From the IMG/VR virus record IMGVR_UViG_3300044904_000056, positions 40,041-104,040 of that record: DNA of 64,000 nucleotides. One strand, 5' to 3'. Source of the stretch: a virus. Both the position numbers and the translations under genes were made by a program. The notes beneath the pieces are model-generated. The model did not search any database and had not been told where the DNA came from. It saw only the letters and a list, made by a program, of their open reading frames with translations. The stretch's first letter is position 1. Each line of letters opens with the position of its first letter. Shown here piece after piece: positions 1 through 9,085 of this stretch.

Positions 1-624
1 TACAACTTCCTGGAGAGTCCGCTTGTCCTTGACTACAATCTGTTCAAATTTCTCCCTGCTGATAGCGTGTTTCGGCGGATAGGCAATCCGCTTCGCTGTC
101 TTCAGCACCTCTAGGAACTGCTTGTAGTTAGCCTCTGTTTTGTTGCGCAGGTACCACGCTGGGTGGAAGGATATGACATACTGCCAAGGCCCTCCGTTCA
201 CGACGTTCCCGTGAAGCTTTAGGACTCCAGTTTTGTTGAGAACACTGCGGAGAGGAGAGGCTCCAAGGAGGATGACTACTTTCGGACGGAGCGAATGTAT
301 TTCACGAAGCAGATGGGGCCGACAGTGATTAATAGCGTAGGCTGGTAGTTTGTTCCCTGGCGGACGGCACCTAGCCGCATTGGTGAAGCGGCATTTCTTC
401 GGGTCAATCCCAACTTCCTCGATAGCTTCCCGGAGAACAAGGCCTGCTTCTCCACACCAAGGGTAGCCATTCTCATCCTCGTGCTCACCAGGCGCTTCCC
501 CGACAAACAGGAATACCGGCTCCTCACTGCCCTCCCCATTCATCTGTGGGGATTTGCAGCCCTTATAGAGCTGGCAAGGCTTGCAAAATCTATCAGGTTG
601 TCGGAGAACGTTGAGACTAAGCAT
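1..624 (-). CDS. Family-4 uracil-DNA-glycosylase-like domain, probably the N-terminus of an SPO1-type phage DNA polymerase (runs off the left edge)
   Basis: Not in the ORF track; translated by hand from ATG at 624 (TAATG overlap with the previous gene): MLSLNVLRQPDRFCKPCQLYKGC...LFVGEAPGEHEDENGYPWCGEAG...FTNAARCRPPGN...C...VILLG...SFHPAWYLR. It has the GEAPG, CxxC/CRPP and HPA motifs and stays open beyond the UDG domain, consistent with a fusion. Confidence 0.8.
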   Translation of the reverse strand, partial: MLSLNVLRQPDRFCKPCQLYKGCKSPQMNGEGSEEPVFLFVGEAPGEHEDENGYPWCGEAGLVLREAIEEVGIDPKKCRFTNAARCRPPGNKLPAYAINHCRPHLLREIHSLRPKVVILLGASPLRSVLNKTGVLKLHGNVVNGGPWQYVISFHPAWYLRNKTEANYKQFLEVLKTAKRIAYPPKHAISREKFEQIVVKDKRTLQEVV

Positions 625-917
625 TATTTTGACTTAGACTTTGTTCGCTTAACTTCCTGCAAGCCTAGATGGAACCCGATGCAGGTCAACAGCTTGAAAA
701 GTTCAACTTGAGCCTTCGCAGCCTCTTTCTCGTTCTCAGAACCTGCTTCTGTTATTAGAAAGTCCGTAGCCATCATACCAATCTTCGGGTTGAGGCCGAC
801 TTTCCTGAAAACAGAATCCCAGTCCTTTGGCCACCGCTTGTCCTTCCTTGCTGCCTTCAGCAGGACATCGCAGCGATTCCAGAATTGTTTCTGCTTGTAC
901 TCTTCAAAACGGCTCAT
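624..917 (-). CDS. Hypothetical protein
   Basis: 97 aa ORF coupled to both neighbours, with an AGGAG RBS. Confidence 0.6.
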   Translation of the reverse strand: MSRFEEYKQKQFWNRCDVLLKAARKDKRWPKDWDSVFRKVGLNPKIGMMATDFLITEAGSENEKEAAKAQVELFKLLTCIGFHLGLQEVKRTKSKSK

Positions 918-1303
918 TGCGCTTTCTCCTTCAACTCCTTGATACGGTCCATCGCGTCTTCTAGCTCAACTACGGTTGTATAGCAGAGCATAAGACAGAC
1001 AACCTCCTTTTCCGCAGCAGCCAAACCATTCTGGACACTAAATATCTCTAGCTGCTGTGCCCAGCGATATTTGGGAAGAGGGAGAACTCCATCCCGGATA
1101 GACTCGATAAGCTTCTGAAGATAGTGCATTGCTTTATCGAGGTCCTGTAGTCCGTTTTTCTTACGCCAACGCGTCACATATTTCGTGACCTGCCCCTCGA
1201 AATATCCTAGATGGTTATGGGCTGCTAAGTCCCAGTGCTGAAATTTCGCCTGGTAGTGCTCTCCGCCCACCTGGTAGTCATTCGCCTTCTTGTCAGATTC
1301 CAA
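914..1303 (-). CDS. DUF3310 / T7 gp1.7-like protein (possible nucleotide kinase)
   Basis: QVGGEHY...YFEGQVTKYVTRWRKKNGLQDLDKAMHYL signature; likely TTG start at 1303 after GGAGG. Confidence 0.75.
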   Translation of the reverse strand: MESDKKANDYQVGGEHYQAKFQHWDLAAHNHLGYFEGQVTKYVTRWRKKNGLQDLDKAMHYLQKLIESIRDGVLPLPKYRWAQQLEIFSVQNGLAAAEKEVVCLMLCYTTVVELEDAMDRIKELKEKAQ

Positions 1304-1667
1304 TTTGTGCCTCCTTGGGAATGTCCTCCAAACGCGCCAGACCAACATCCCAGTGGTCCGCGTGATTCTCTTTAGCCAGACGTTCTGCTTCATTCCGAGC
1401 AGGCGTATGACTGGTAGCCTTGATAAATTTCGTATCCCAATCCCTGCGACCGTTGAAGTAGAGCTTGACTTCATACCAGTCTTCCTGAACAACAATCGGC
1501 AGGATAATCCGGTGCTCTGCCGGCTTCGTCATCACCTTCGGAAAGAAGTACCTCTTGCGAAACTCGTGAGGCTTAGGATGGAATCGCGTTGTCCGCTTCT
1601 CTGGGGCTTTCCTGGCCCGGACCTTCTTTGTCTTCCGTGTTGGTCCTGCCTTTTTCTTTTGCGTCAT
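1293..1667 (-). CDS. Hypothetical basic protein
   Basis: 124 aa ORF overlapping the 3' end of the thymidylate-synthase-like gene. Confidence 0.5.
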   Translation of the reverse strand: MTQKKKAGPTRKTKKVRARKAPEKRTTRFHPKPHEFRKRYFFPKVMTKPAEHRIILPIVVQEDWYEVKLYFNGRRDWDTKFIKATSHTPARNEAERLAKENHADHWDVGLARLEDIPKEAQIGI

Positions 1668-2760
1668 CGAGTAGCCTCACACAGGTGGAGTAGACTTCTT
1701 TCGATATTCCATACGTGCACTGCTCGTAATAGTTCAAAGCCAATTCCATAAACGGGGAGGGAAGGTGCAGAATTTCACTAGCGACCCACTCCGCCCTATA
1801 CTGCCAACCTGGCTCTTTCACCCAGCGGAAAATAGTAAGCATTTGGGGAATGGTTTTTATCCAGTACCCATCTGGAGGGGGAGGCCATGTCGGATTTGGA
1901 AGCTCTCTTGGTTTGTCCGTCTTGAAAGCCCTAATCTTCTCTACTTTGAGGAGGACGTGTTGAAACTCTTCGTCAGTAACTGTAGAGAATCCTGGTACGC
2001 ATTCGGCCTTAACACTTGCTTGATTCATCACCTCTGATTCATCAAAGGCTCTTTCGAGGATATTCCCTAGAGTCGGCTTGTAGAGTTCTTCATAATAGTG
2101 GAGATTTTGAATAATGTACGTCAGCTTCCCTATCTTCGCCCCCAGACAACCCGCTATATAGGCATGAATATGGGAGAACTGAACCGCGTTGTACGGCGCT
2201 CCCCAAATGAGGTCGCAACTCCGCTGCACTACAGTCTGGTCTAGAATCCCGTTTCTCAGCCGTAGATATATGACATTGTTGCACGGGTAGTCATTTGACT
2301 TCAGAAGATTGTCCCGCTCCGGGTCCCAAAGGCTGATAACTGCTTGTCTTGATAGAGGCTCCCGCTTTAGCTTGTCGATGGCAATGCTAATTTGGTCTAC
2401 AGTTAGATATCCTCCAATTGCTGAAGGCCAGCGTCTCATCCGCAGCCCGTAGGCCCCATTGAAATCCTGCTGATTACCATCCGCAAACTTCCTCATGTTC
2501 TTGTTAAAGTAACATATCCACTCGACATTCCCGCTGCCTGAGAGAATCCAGATTACTTCAGCAAGGGCGAAGAATGGATTGAAGTTGCGTCCAGGAATCA
2601 CCATCCAGCAATATCCTGGCAGCTCATAGTTCAAACAGACAGGTTCTTCTAGCTCTAAGCAAGGACCATGGCGGGTGGGAATCTCCTTCCCATGATTTGC
2701 TATTTCGCGGACCAGAGCGAAGTAGAAGTCGCCAAGACCACGGCCTGAATAAGTTTTCAC
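1573..2760 (-). CDS. Thymidylate-synthase-superfamily enzyme, likely dUMP hydroxymethylase
   Basis: GAYGLR, SRQAVISLWDP, catalytic YPC, QRSCD, GAPYN (Asn at the dUMP-specificity position) and NLHYY motifs; next to 5hmdU-hypermodification genes. Confidence 0.85.
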   Translation of the reverse strand: MKTYSGRGLGDFYFALVREIANHGKEIPTRHGPCLELEEPVCLNYELPGYCWMVIPGRNFNPFFALAEVIWILSGSGNVEWICYFNKNMRKFADGNQQDFNGAYGLRMRRWPSAIGGYLTVDQISIAIDKLKREPLSRQAVISLWDPERDNLLKSNDYPCNNVIYLRLRNGILDQTVVQRSCDLIWGAPYNAVQFSHIHAYIAGCLGAKIGKLTYIIQNLHYYEELYKPTLGNILERAFDESEVMNQASVKAECVPGFSTVTDEEFQHVLLKVEKIRAFKTDKPRELPNPTWPPPPDGYWIKTIPQMLTIFRWVKEPGWQYRAEWVASEILHLPSPFMELALNYYEQCTYGISKEVYSTCVRLLDDAKEKGRTNTEDKEGPGQESPREADNAIPS

Positions 2761-2776
2761 AATCGTTCCTCCTCAC

Positions 2777-3646
2777 CTAGATAGAACGCTCCCCTCTAGG
2801 AAAACGTAAGTTGCCTTGGAACCCGTTGTAGAGAGAGCGAGGCCTGCCTTCTCCCAGACGTACCCGCTCATACTTGTCCCACTCACAAAGTGCATTCTGC
2901 AAATCCTGCGCATGTATGTCCGGCATTCCTGCTTGAAAAATTTTCGGGCTGATTTTGTCGTAGAGTTCGTCTAGGCATTCCTTCCAATCCGCTTCCTTCC
3001 ACTTAGCCCTCTTATCCCGCCCTATTACACGATTCAACCCTCGTTTGCTCCCAGGGCCAGAGATAGCCCAAGTTGACCAATCCTTTGCGTGCCGAAGCGT
3101 AGCATACTTCACATCAGCAATGACCTGCCCTGTCATAAAGCTTCCCATATCTTTCTGGTCGTGCAGCCTGTCGTAGAATTCCGCAAGCGTATCGCCATCT
3201 CTCGGGCGGATTTCTTTTCTTGCTCCCCACATCGGTGTCAGGACTTGCTTGGCTAGGTATCGGGCTTTCGATTGATGATCTGGACCTGCGTGAATCATAT
3301 ATGCTCCGGTGAAGACTTTCTCGCCGTCTTTCTTTCGCTGCTCCAATACTCTGATGAACTCGTCTGGGTGCCAAGGAACAGGATAACCTAGCTCATCTAG
3401 GGTCTCCGGCCAATTGACAAAACGTGAAACCGTCATAGCGAACCAGAGGTCCTTATCTTCCGCGTGAGGCTCCCGCCAATGCTCCCGTACCCAAATCGTG
3501 ACCGTGTCTAATTCCCGGAACACGTTGCAGAACCGATAGCGCTGAAGTATTGGGTCCCGTGTCCATGGTCGAGGCTTGCCAGCTTGCTTCCGCTTGTAGA
3601 TTGCGTGGCGTTCAAGGATGAAGCGAAGGAGAGGATTGATGTTCAT
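2777..3646 (-). CDS. aGPT-Pplase1 / 5-hmdU DNA kinase helical-domain family protein
   Basis: ERHAIY...PWTRDPILQRYRFCNVFRELD, FTGAYMI, GPGSKRGL and QNALCEWDKY motifs typical of this HhH-glycosylase-related family. Confidence 0.85.
   Translation of the reverse strand: MNINPLLRFILERHAIYKRKQAGKPRPWTRDPILQRYRFCNVFRELDTVTIWVREHWREPHAEDKDLWFAMTVSRFVNWPETLDELGYPVPWHPDEFIRVLEQRKKDGEKVFTGAYMIHAGPDHQSKARYLAKQVLTPMWGARKEIRPRDGDTLAEFYDRLHDQKDMGSFMTGQVIADVKYATLRHAKDWSTWAISGPGSKRGLNRVIGRDKRAKWKEADWKECLDELYDKISPKIFQAGMPDIHAQDLQNALCEWDKYERVRLGEGRPRSLYNGFQGNLRFPRGERSI
2781..2789 (-). promoter_or_regulatory. Recurrent GCGTTCTAT motif (candidate phage middle promoter)
   Basis: Exact 9-mer 21 nt upstream of the TS-like start; copies at 11600, 21416, 24716 and 52101. 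Confidence 0.6.
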
Positions 3647-3999
3647 CAGTTGCCTCTCCTTTGATTTTGATACAGACGTAGCCGTTCAGCCATATTCATC
3701 AGCTCGTTCGCCAGCTCTTCATCGCGGTAGGTGTAGTAACACTGAGTGTTGGACTTCTCTGCCATAGCTTCAAGATTGCTGATGATTTCGTCCAGGTCAA
3801 CTCGGGGGCCACGGTGCTTCTTGCCGGCTTTCTTCTTATCTCGGCAGGATTTGCAGCGTTTTGGCATTTGGAATTCGGGATTTGTTGCCTGAAGACTTTT
3901 GTAGAAGCTTATCTCGCTCTCGTACATCCCCCAGTCCTCGTGGCAGTCTACGCATTGCCCCATCGAAACAAATGCTCCTCGATCTTTATCATCCCCCAT
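3646..3999 (-). CDS. Zinc-ribbon protein (zf-trcl-like)
   Basis: CVDC...EISFY...PKRCKSCR. Confidence 0.65.
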   Translation of the reverse strand: MGDDKDRGAFVSMGQCVDCHEDWGMYESEISFYKSLQATNPEFQMPKRCKSCRDKKKAGKKHRGPRVDLDEIISNLEAMAEKSNTQCYYTYRDEELANELMNMAERLRLYQNQRRGN

Positions 4000-4358
4000 T
4001 TTCTCTTCCTTTCCGCTTTCTCCACTCTACCCAACGTCTCTTCGTAGCTTTACCAATTTTTAGAAGAGCCTGCTTAGTATGCTTGTATCCTTTGCTATTT
4101 TGATTCCCAAATCCGAAATGTTTGCCCGCAGCATTTTTATTCCCTAATTTGGAGAGGCTCATCTTTTTACGGCTCATAGGAGAAAGTTTTCGCCCTAAAC
4201 AGTATTGATTTCCTGTATGAAGTTTGATTAGTCTGCGGCGGTGTTCTGCAGACAATTTCTTTCCCTTCCTGTTATGATTCCCCGCCCCAATCTTATTACC
4301 CATCAATCTTATTACCCATCATCCTTCTTCTCATCTTCTTTCGAGTAGTCGCAGACAT
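3989..4358 (-). pseudogene. NUMOD3-repeat protein without a nuclease domain, frameshifted by a 16-bp duplication
   Basis: NUMOD3-like repeats (GKKLSAEHRRRL, GRKLSPMSRKKMS, GYKHTKQ). ATG at 4358 reads MSATTRKKMRRRMMGNKIDG*; removing one repeat copy restores the frame. Confidence 0.6.
4288..4319. repeat. Perfect 16-bp tandem duplication CAATCTTATTACCCAT x2
   Basis: Copies at 4288-4303 and 4304-4319. Confidence 0.95.
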
Positions 4359-4359
4359 T

Positions 4360-4983
4360 TTAATACCCAAGGAACCATCCCCACAACCAAGCTAGAATAG
4401 TTTGTAATCCATCCTGATAAGGGATAACTCTGACATCTGCCCCTACTTCTCTGAGTCTCTTCTCACTACCTAATACGGCCTTGTATTTTGGATAGAGGGA
4501 TTTGTCCGGGTCAACTGGCCGAGGGTCCTTCCGCTGAATCCTGCGCTTTACCATCCGCTGAAGGCACTTCTCTAAGGGGGTATCCATAAAGCCAAATATC
4601 CAATGCGTATGCGGTAGGCTTCTTGCCAGGTCAATCCAACGCTGGGTCAGGGTAGCAGCCAGCGCTCCCTCGAAAACAACATTCCCCCGCCTGGAAAGGT
4701 CTGTGATTGCCTTGGAAGCGTAATCGGCACGGGTGCTGCCCCTGTAATAGCTTTCGTCAATCGCGTCATAGCCGCCCGTTGTTATCCGGTAAGGCCCAAG
4801 CAGGGCTGTCTTCGTAGGCCCTGTATCGAGGACGTAGGCGAGCACCTTTCCATTCCCAGGGTTAATCAGAGGCGTATTGGAAAAGCTCTCTAGAAGGGAT
4901 TTTGCTAGGGTTGTCTTGCCACTGGCATTCGTGCCCCTGATGTTGATGACGATATGCTTCAGCCGAGGAAATCGTTCCGTCAT
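4360..4983 (-). CDS. P-loop kinase of thymidine-hypermodification loci (5-hmdU DNA kinase-like)
   Basis: INIRGTNASGKTT Walker A, LGPY...GGYD, VVFEG, DTPLEKCLQR; gene context. Confidence 0.75.
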   Translation of the reverse strand: MTERFPRLKHIVINIRGTNASGKTTLAKSLLESFSNTPLINPGNGKVLAYVLDTGPTKTALLGPYRITTGGYDAIDESYYRGSTRADYASKAITDLSRRGNVVFEGALAATLTQRWIDLARSLPHTHWIFGFMDTPLEKCLQRMVKRRIQRKDPRPVDPDKSLYPKYKAVLGSEKRLREVGADVRVIPYQDGLQTILAWLWGWFLGY

Positions 4984-5423
4984 TTCCCTTTCTCCAGCTT
5001 CGACAGATTCAAAACACCCGACTCGATAACCCGCATTGCCTTCATATAGTCGTCACCCTTGAGAAAGGGCAGGTCCGGTATGCGGATAACGGGAGGCTCC
5101 GCATACGCACCAAGAGGCGAGAACTTCCGCCGATGAGCTGGAAACTTTTTCAACAGCTGCTTGTAATGTACTGGGCTCATATAGATGATGCGGTCAGCCC
5201 ATTCGACCATCTTCTGAGTCACAGGCTTTGACCTTTCGTCCTCCTCTAGATAGTACGCCTGGTTGAGGCTATAGAGAGCCTCCCGGACTTTCTTCGCAAT
5301 GGTTCCCTGGTAGGGGCCTTTTTGCAGCCCTGCCGATTCAACGTTCATCCCGAGGTATCGCCCGATAGCCGCTGCGACCTGAGATCGGGAACGGTTGTTG
5401 GTGCAGATAAAGAGGATACGCAC
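4980..5423 (-). CDS. Low-molecular-weight phosphatase (LMW-PTP/ArsC fold)
   Basis: ILFICTNNRSRS (CX5R), SAG, WADRIIYM, IPD. Confidence 0.85.
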   Translation of the reverse strand: MRILFICTNNRSRSQVAAAIGRYLGMNVESAGLQKGPYQGTIAKKVREALYSLNQAYYLEEDERSKPVTQKMVEWADRIIYMSPVHYKQLLKKFPAHRRKFSPLGAYAEPPVIRIPDLPFLKGDDYMKAMRVIESGVLNLSKLEKGK

Positions 5424-5570
5424 TGTGCTTTCGACTCCCTTCTAGGCCCGACTGGTTTTAGGCCAGCCTATTGTTGGTAGCGGACCCAACTAGCCAGTGG
5501 CAGGGTGCTAGCAGAGTTCGTTTACGTGGGGATATAGCTAAACTGGTGTAAAGGCTAGTTTTGAGCCCTG

Positions 5571-6182
5571 CTAGGGGCCTATCCGGGGGAAGCGTAGGGG
5601 GCCAGTCCTCCTGGCCCTGACTATTAGCTCAACAGTAGCCTTCAGCTTCTCCGCTGGGTGAAAGTAGAAGAACTTAGCTTGGGCCGAGAAGATAGGTATA
5701 TGCCGCCACTTCCTAGCCGGAGGCTTCGCATAGCTCACGACCTCCATCCCCGCTAGCATCTCGTTCACACGTTCCCGGTGTTTTTGGACAAGGGCGTAGG
5801 GCTGTTCTAGGTAGAACCAGCAGCCCGGATATTGCAGCCACTGTCGGATATTCCAATGGTCCTGGGTATGCTCCGTCTGCTGAAGGGGAGCCACCCCTAG
5901 AGGCAGAATCACCGTAGAGTCCGGAGGGGGCCAAGTGTGGACTGGCTTGAGCATCTCTTTCCAATCGCAATCTCCTCCAATATAGTTGTATCCTTGCCAG
6001 TAAGCACCTACAGCATCGGCGTAAGTCTCCGCATCCCGCAGGGAGTTCTTCTTCACAGGGACCATAGTCAGAATGGTAACCTGCTTGCCTTCCTGAATCC
6101 ACTGCTCGATATGAGCCCCTAGCGAAAGGAAGGCATCATCACTGTGAGGCTCTACGATAACCAGGCGGTCATTTATGGGCAC
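5571..6182 (-). CDS. PIG-L/LmbE-family deacetylase-like protein
   Basis: IVEPHSDD and HTQDH zinc motifs, YLEQPY; GTG start at 6182 after GGAGG. Confidence 0.7.
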   Translation of the reverse strand: MPINDRLVIVEPHSDDAFLSLGAHIEQWIQEGKQVTILTMVPVKKNSLRDAETYADAVGAYWQGYNYIGGDCDWKEMLKPVHTWPPPDSTVILPLGVAPLQQTEHTQDHWNIRQWLQYPGCWFYLEQPYALVQKHRERVNEMLAGMEVVSYAKPPARKWRHIPIFSAQAKFFYFHPAEKLKATVELIVRARRTGPLRFPRIGP

Positions 6183-6774
6183 GTTTCGGCCTCCGGAAGA
6201 CGCTGAGATGCCGCCCATACCAGTTGGAAGTAATTCTTTCGTCAGCTAATATCGCTTCGCACAACTCCTTGGTGACCTTCTTTTCAAAGGTGAATCCGGC
6301 AAGCACAAATAGTTGCCGCCAATAGCCTTTAGGCTTGCAGTTCACGTGGTACCGGCCCCATTCAGAAGAGTCGATGGACAGGAGCACCCATTTTGAGGAG
6401 AGCCGTTTCACCGTATCCACTAAGACTTTCTCAGAGGACTCCGGGATGTGCTCGAATACATCCCACGAGGTTACCAGGTCAAATTTTTTGTCCAAATGGA
6501 AGGACTTTGATAGGTCGTGGGCTATGTATTTCGCTCCTTCCGCGAATCTGCTGTTGAACTCAGAACCATCCACCCCATAAGCCCTTACTCCTAGCTCTGA
6601 CAGCCGATTCACAAACGACATCGTACCACAACCCAGGTCAATGCAACGCTTGGGGTGAAATCTGTTGAAGATGAGCTCTGCTAGATATTTCGAGGACACG
6701 TGGGGTCCTTTTGTGGACCTGGTGCGATTTTTGAACCACTTCAGTGGATAGAGTTCACTTAGCTTTTCTTCCAT
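6169..6774 (-). CDS. Class I SAM-dependent methyltransferase
   Basis: IDLGCGT, GVD, FDLVTSWDVFEHI, HVNCKPKGYW. Confidence 0.85.
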   Translation of the reverse strand: MEEKLSELYPLKWFKNRTRSTKGPHVSSKYLAELIFNRFHPKRCIDLGCGTMSFVNRLSELGVRAYGVDGSEFNSRFAEGAKYIAHDLSKSFHLDKKFDLVTSWDVFEHIPESSEKVLVDTVKRLSSKWVLLSIDSSEWGRYHVNCKPKGYWRQLFVLAGFTFEKKVTKELCEAILADERITSNWYGRHLSVFRRPKRAHK

Positions 6775-7268
6775 AGTCGTGGGAACCTCATCGGGAAATT
6801 AGGTCTTGCAAATTCTCCGAAAAATTCTTTGGCAGCAGTATCATAAGCCTTCGCTGCGGCTATCGGATTGTCGAAGGAACCTAGATGAATAACTTTCCAA
6901 TATACACAAATCTGCGCATACCATTTCCTAGCACCTTTGTGCCAAGAGACACCTTTGAATCCTGATTTGTTATTTGAATGCTTTCCTTGGTTAGCCAGAT
7001 TCTGCGAGTTAGAAGCATCTCTCAAATTATCTTTTTGACAATCTAGCCCATTTCCATTCTTATGGTCTATCCCTTTGCGCCCTAATATAAAATTGTGTAG
7101 AAGAAAATTAGGAACTCCCATTTGTCCGTGAGCTGCGTACGACTTACCCTTAGAGCCAGATGTATAGTGCCATATGCCCTCAGCTGTTACACGTTCATAA
7201 TCTTCGTCATCAACAAGTGCATAGGCTCTTATCTTTCCTTTTCGATTGCGAAGCGGAATTTTCTTCAT
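6759..7268 (-). CDS. HNH-AP2 homing endonuclease
   Basis: DHKNGNGLDCQKDNLR (HNH) plus SGFKGVSW...WYAQI...HLGSF...AAKAYD (AP2). Confidence 0.9.
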   Translation of the reverse strand: MKKIPLRNRKGKIRAYALVDDEDYERVTAEGIWHYTSGSKGKSYAAHGQMGVPNFLLHNFILGRKGIDHKNGNGLDCQKDNLRDASNSQNLANQGKHSNNKSGFKGVSWHKGARKWYAQICVYWKVIHLGSFDNPIAAAKAYDTAAKEFFGEFARPNFPMRFPRLWKKS

Positions 7269-8386
7269 CGTCTAAACTCGTCAAAAACTTCATCATATAG
7301 TTTGTAGGCTGAATGATTGTCGTTTACATATTCCCTCGCTTCCTTTCTAGGATACCCTCTCACATCATATTTCATAATCGCTTCAGGATACTTGGCCAGG
7401 TCAGAGATAGGCAGTACCAAATTATCTGGGATGGCACTTCGGAGAAGGTTTTTGTGCACTACAGGGACGCAGCCATAATATAGAGCCTCAACAATTGTGT
7501 TGTTGTAGGAACCTCTCCGGTAGGCTTTATATTTTGCCCTATGCCCTTGAAAGTCAGCCATGAATCCCGCTCTGGAAAGGATTTTTGCCCGTCTCTCTAC
7601 TGAGACCCAACCATAGTAGGTTGCTAAGCCCTTCCCTGAGTATTGTGGGGCAAAAAAATCCTTACCAACGACCTTCTTCCAGCCATTTTCTTTTCTCATG
7701 TTATAGTATTCAATGCCGGAATTGTAGAGCTTTACTTCGTAACCTTTGTCGAGGAGTCGAGGTACCCCATCAAAGAAGGGTTTGATTCCTTTCACATTCT
7801 TCCATTGAGGCATCCATACAACGCGATTCTCAATGCGTTCCTTTTCGGAAGGCTTTCCGATAGGAATAAAAGGAATATAAACGGTCTGTACCGGATAGCC
7901 TGCTTTGACGAGAGGCTCTCCATAAGCAGGCTGAGTCACGAGAGTCTTCTCGCATAGCGGCAAAACTTGTTCCCCAAACTCCTTGTATGTATCCCAATAA
8001 GCATCCGAGATATAGCCGACAATCGGTATATCCAGTTTATTCAGCCTCTTTAACAAGGCCATAAAGACAGGACTGCCCCCATAAGCTTTTGTCGGATGCG
8101 GACAGAGGAAGCTCAACATCACTACATCGTAGGATGTTAGAAAGGCTAAAGTCTCTCGATAGTTTTCCCTATGGTGTGGAGCGTAGCCATCAATAGTGAT
8201 GTAGGAATCCCCACCACGGATTAATTTTCTTTCAGGCAACAAGAGGGGATGTTTTGTTTTCTGGTTGGCGCTAACGAGGACGTGAAAGGTGTCACCTTTC
8301 TGGTCTGCTACCTTCCGATAGGTTCTCAGGCGAGTGTTGATGCCCCCTACGGAAGAGGTAGGCCAATGCAGGACTGCAATTTTCAC
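7265..8386 (-). CDS. GT-B-fold (GT4-like) glycosyltransferase
   Basis: N-terminal KIAVLH...VGGI, QWKNVKGI, YGWV and NNTIVEALYYGCVPVV nucleotide-sugar motif; GTGA overlap start at 8386. Confidence 0.75.
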   Translation of the reverse strand: MKIAVLHWPTSSVGGINTRLRTYRKVADQKGDTFHVLVSANQKTKHPLLLPERKLIRGGDSYITIDGYAPHHRENYRETLAFLTSYDVVMLSFLCPHPTKAYGGSPVFMALLKRLNKLDIPIVGYISDAYWDTYKEFGEQVLPLCEKTLVTQPAYGEPLVKAGYPVQTVYIPFIPIGKPSEKERIENRVVWMPQWKNVKGIKPFFDGVPRLLDKGYEVKLYNSGIEYYNMRKENGWKKVVGKDFFAPQYSGKGLATYYGWVSVERRAKILSRAGFMADFQGHRAKYKAYRRGSYNNTIVEALYYGCVPVVHKNLLRSAIPDNLVLPISDLAKYPEAIMKYDVRGYPRKEAREYVNDNHSAYKLYDEVFDEFRR

Positions 8387-9003
8387 GATGCTTTCCTGAA
8401 GAGGAGATAGATGCTCCTCTTGTTTGCTGATTGAGCTACTAGCCGATAGCCCAGCCCTAGGAAGCAAGTCTCCATCTCTAGAGCCGGCAGGCGTCTCGAA
8501 TCGGTCAGGACTACCCAAGCGGCTTTGTCAAAGACGGCTTCTGTGACAGTTCTGTATTGCCTCTTGGCTTTACTGAGAGTCCAATCGGGGAAGTCTGCCA
8601 CTACAAGGTCTGGATGCTGAAAGAGACTATCTATCACTACCGATTGAGCCCCACCAAGAGGCTCTATGATAGAGGTAGACCAGCTATGGTGCCGCCCTGC
8701 TTCCAGGATGTACGCATAGCAGCGCCTCTCATTTGAGTAGACTTCGTGCTTGTTGGGATTGAATAGCAGCTGAAGGATTTGAGCGTTGACTCCCACCCCA
8801 CCAAACAGTTCAACGATGTTCTTTGGTTGCGGAGCAATTTGGCTGACGAGCTCAAAGAATCGCCTAGCTTCAGCCTCGGTCTCCCCAGGTTCGTAACGGA
8901 GCCGCCAGAATATGCCCCGCTTCGATGGCAGAGTGTTCTTCGCAACTCGGGGGAGTTTAGAGGGGAGCATGATGCGTGCTCCGGCCACAAGGATTGATTG
9001 CAT
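8383..9003 (-). CDS. Putative SAM-dependent methyltransferase
   Basis: IVELFGGVG motif I, DLVVADFP motif IV-like. Confidence 0.55.
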   Translation of the reverse strand: MQSILVAGARIMLPSKLPRVAKNTLPSKRGIFWRLRYEPGETEAEARRFFELVSQIAPQPKNIVELFGGVGVNAQILQLLFNPNKHEVYSNERRCYAYILEAGRHHSWSTSIIEPLGGAQSVVIDSLFQHPDLVVADFPDWTLSKAKRQYRTVTEAVFDKAAWVVLTDSRRLPALEMETCFLGLGYRLVAQSANKRSIYLLFRKAS

Positions 9004-9022
9004 CTTGTTTCTCCTCTACAAC

Positions 9023-9061
9023 AAAAATGATGGCGGGAGGCTCCGAAGAGCAACTCCCGCC
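9023..9061 (-). terminator. Rho-independent terminator
   Basis: GGCGGGAG/CTCCCGCC stem followed by ATCATTTTTG on the minus strand. Confidence 0.7.
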
Positions 9062-9085
9062 TATCAGCACTTTACCAGGACTGTA

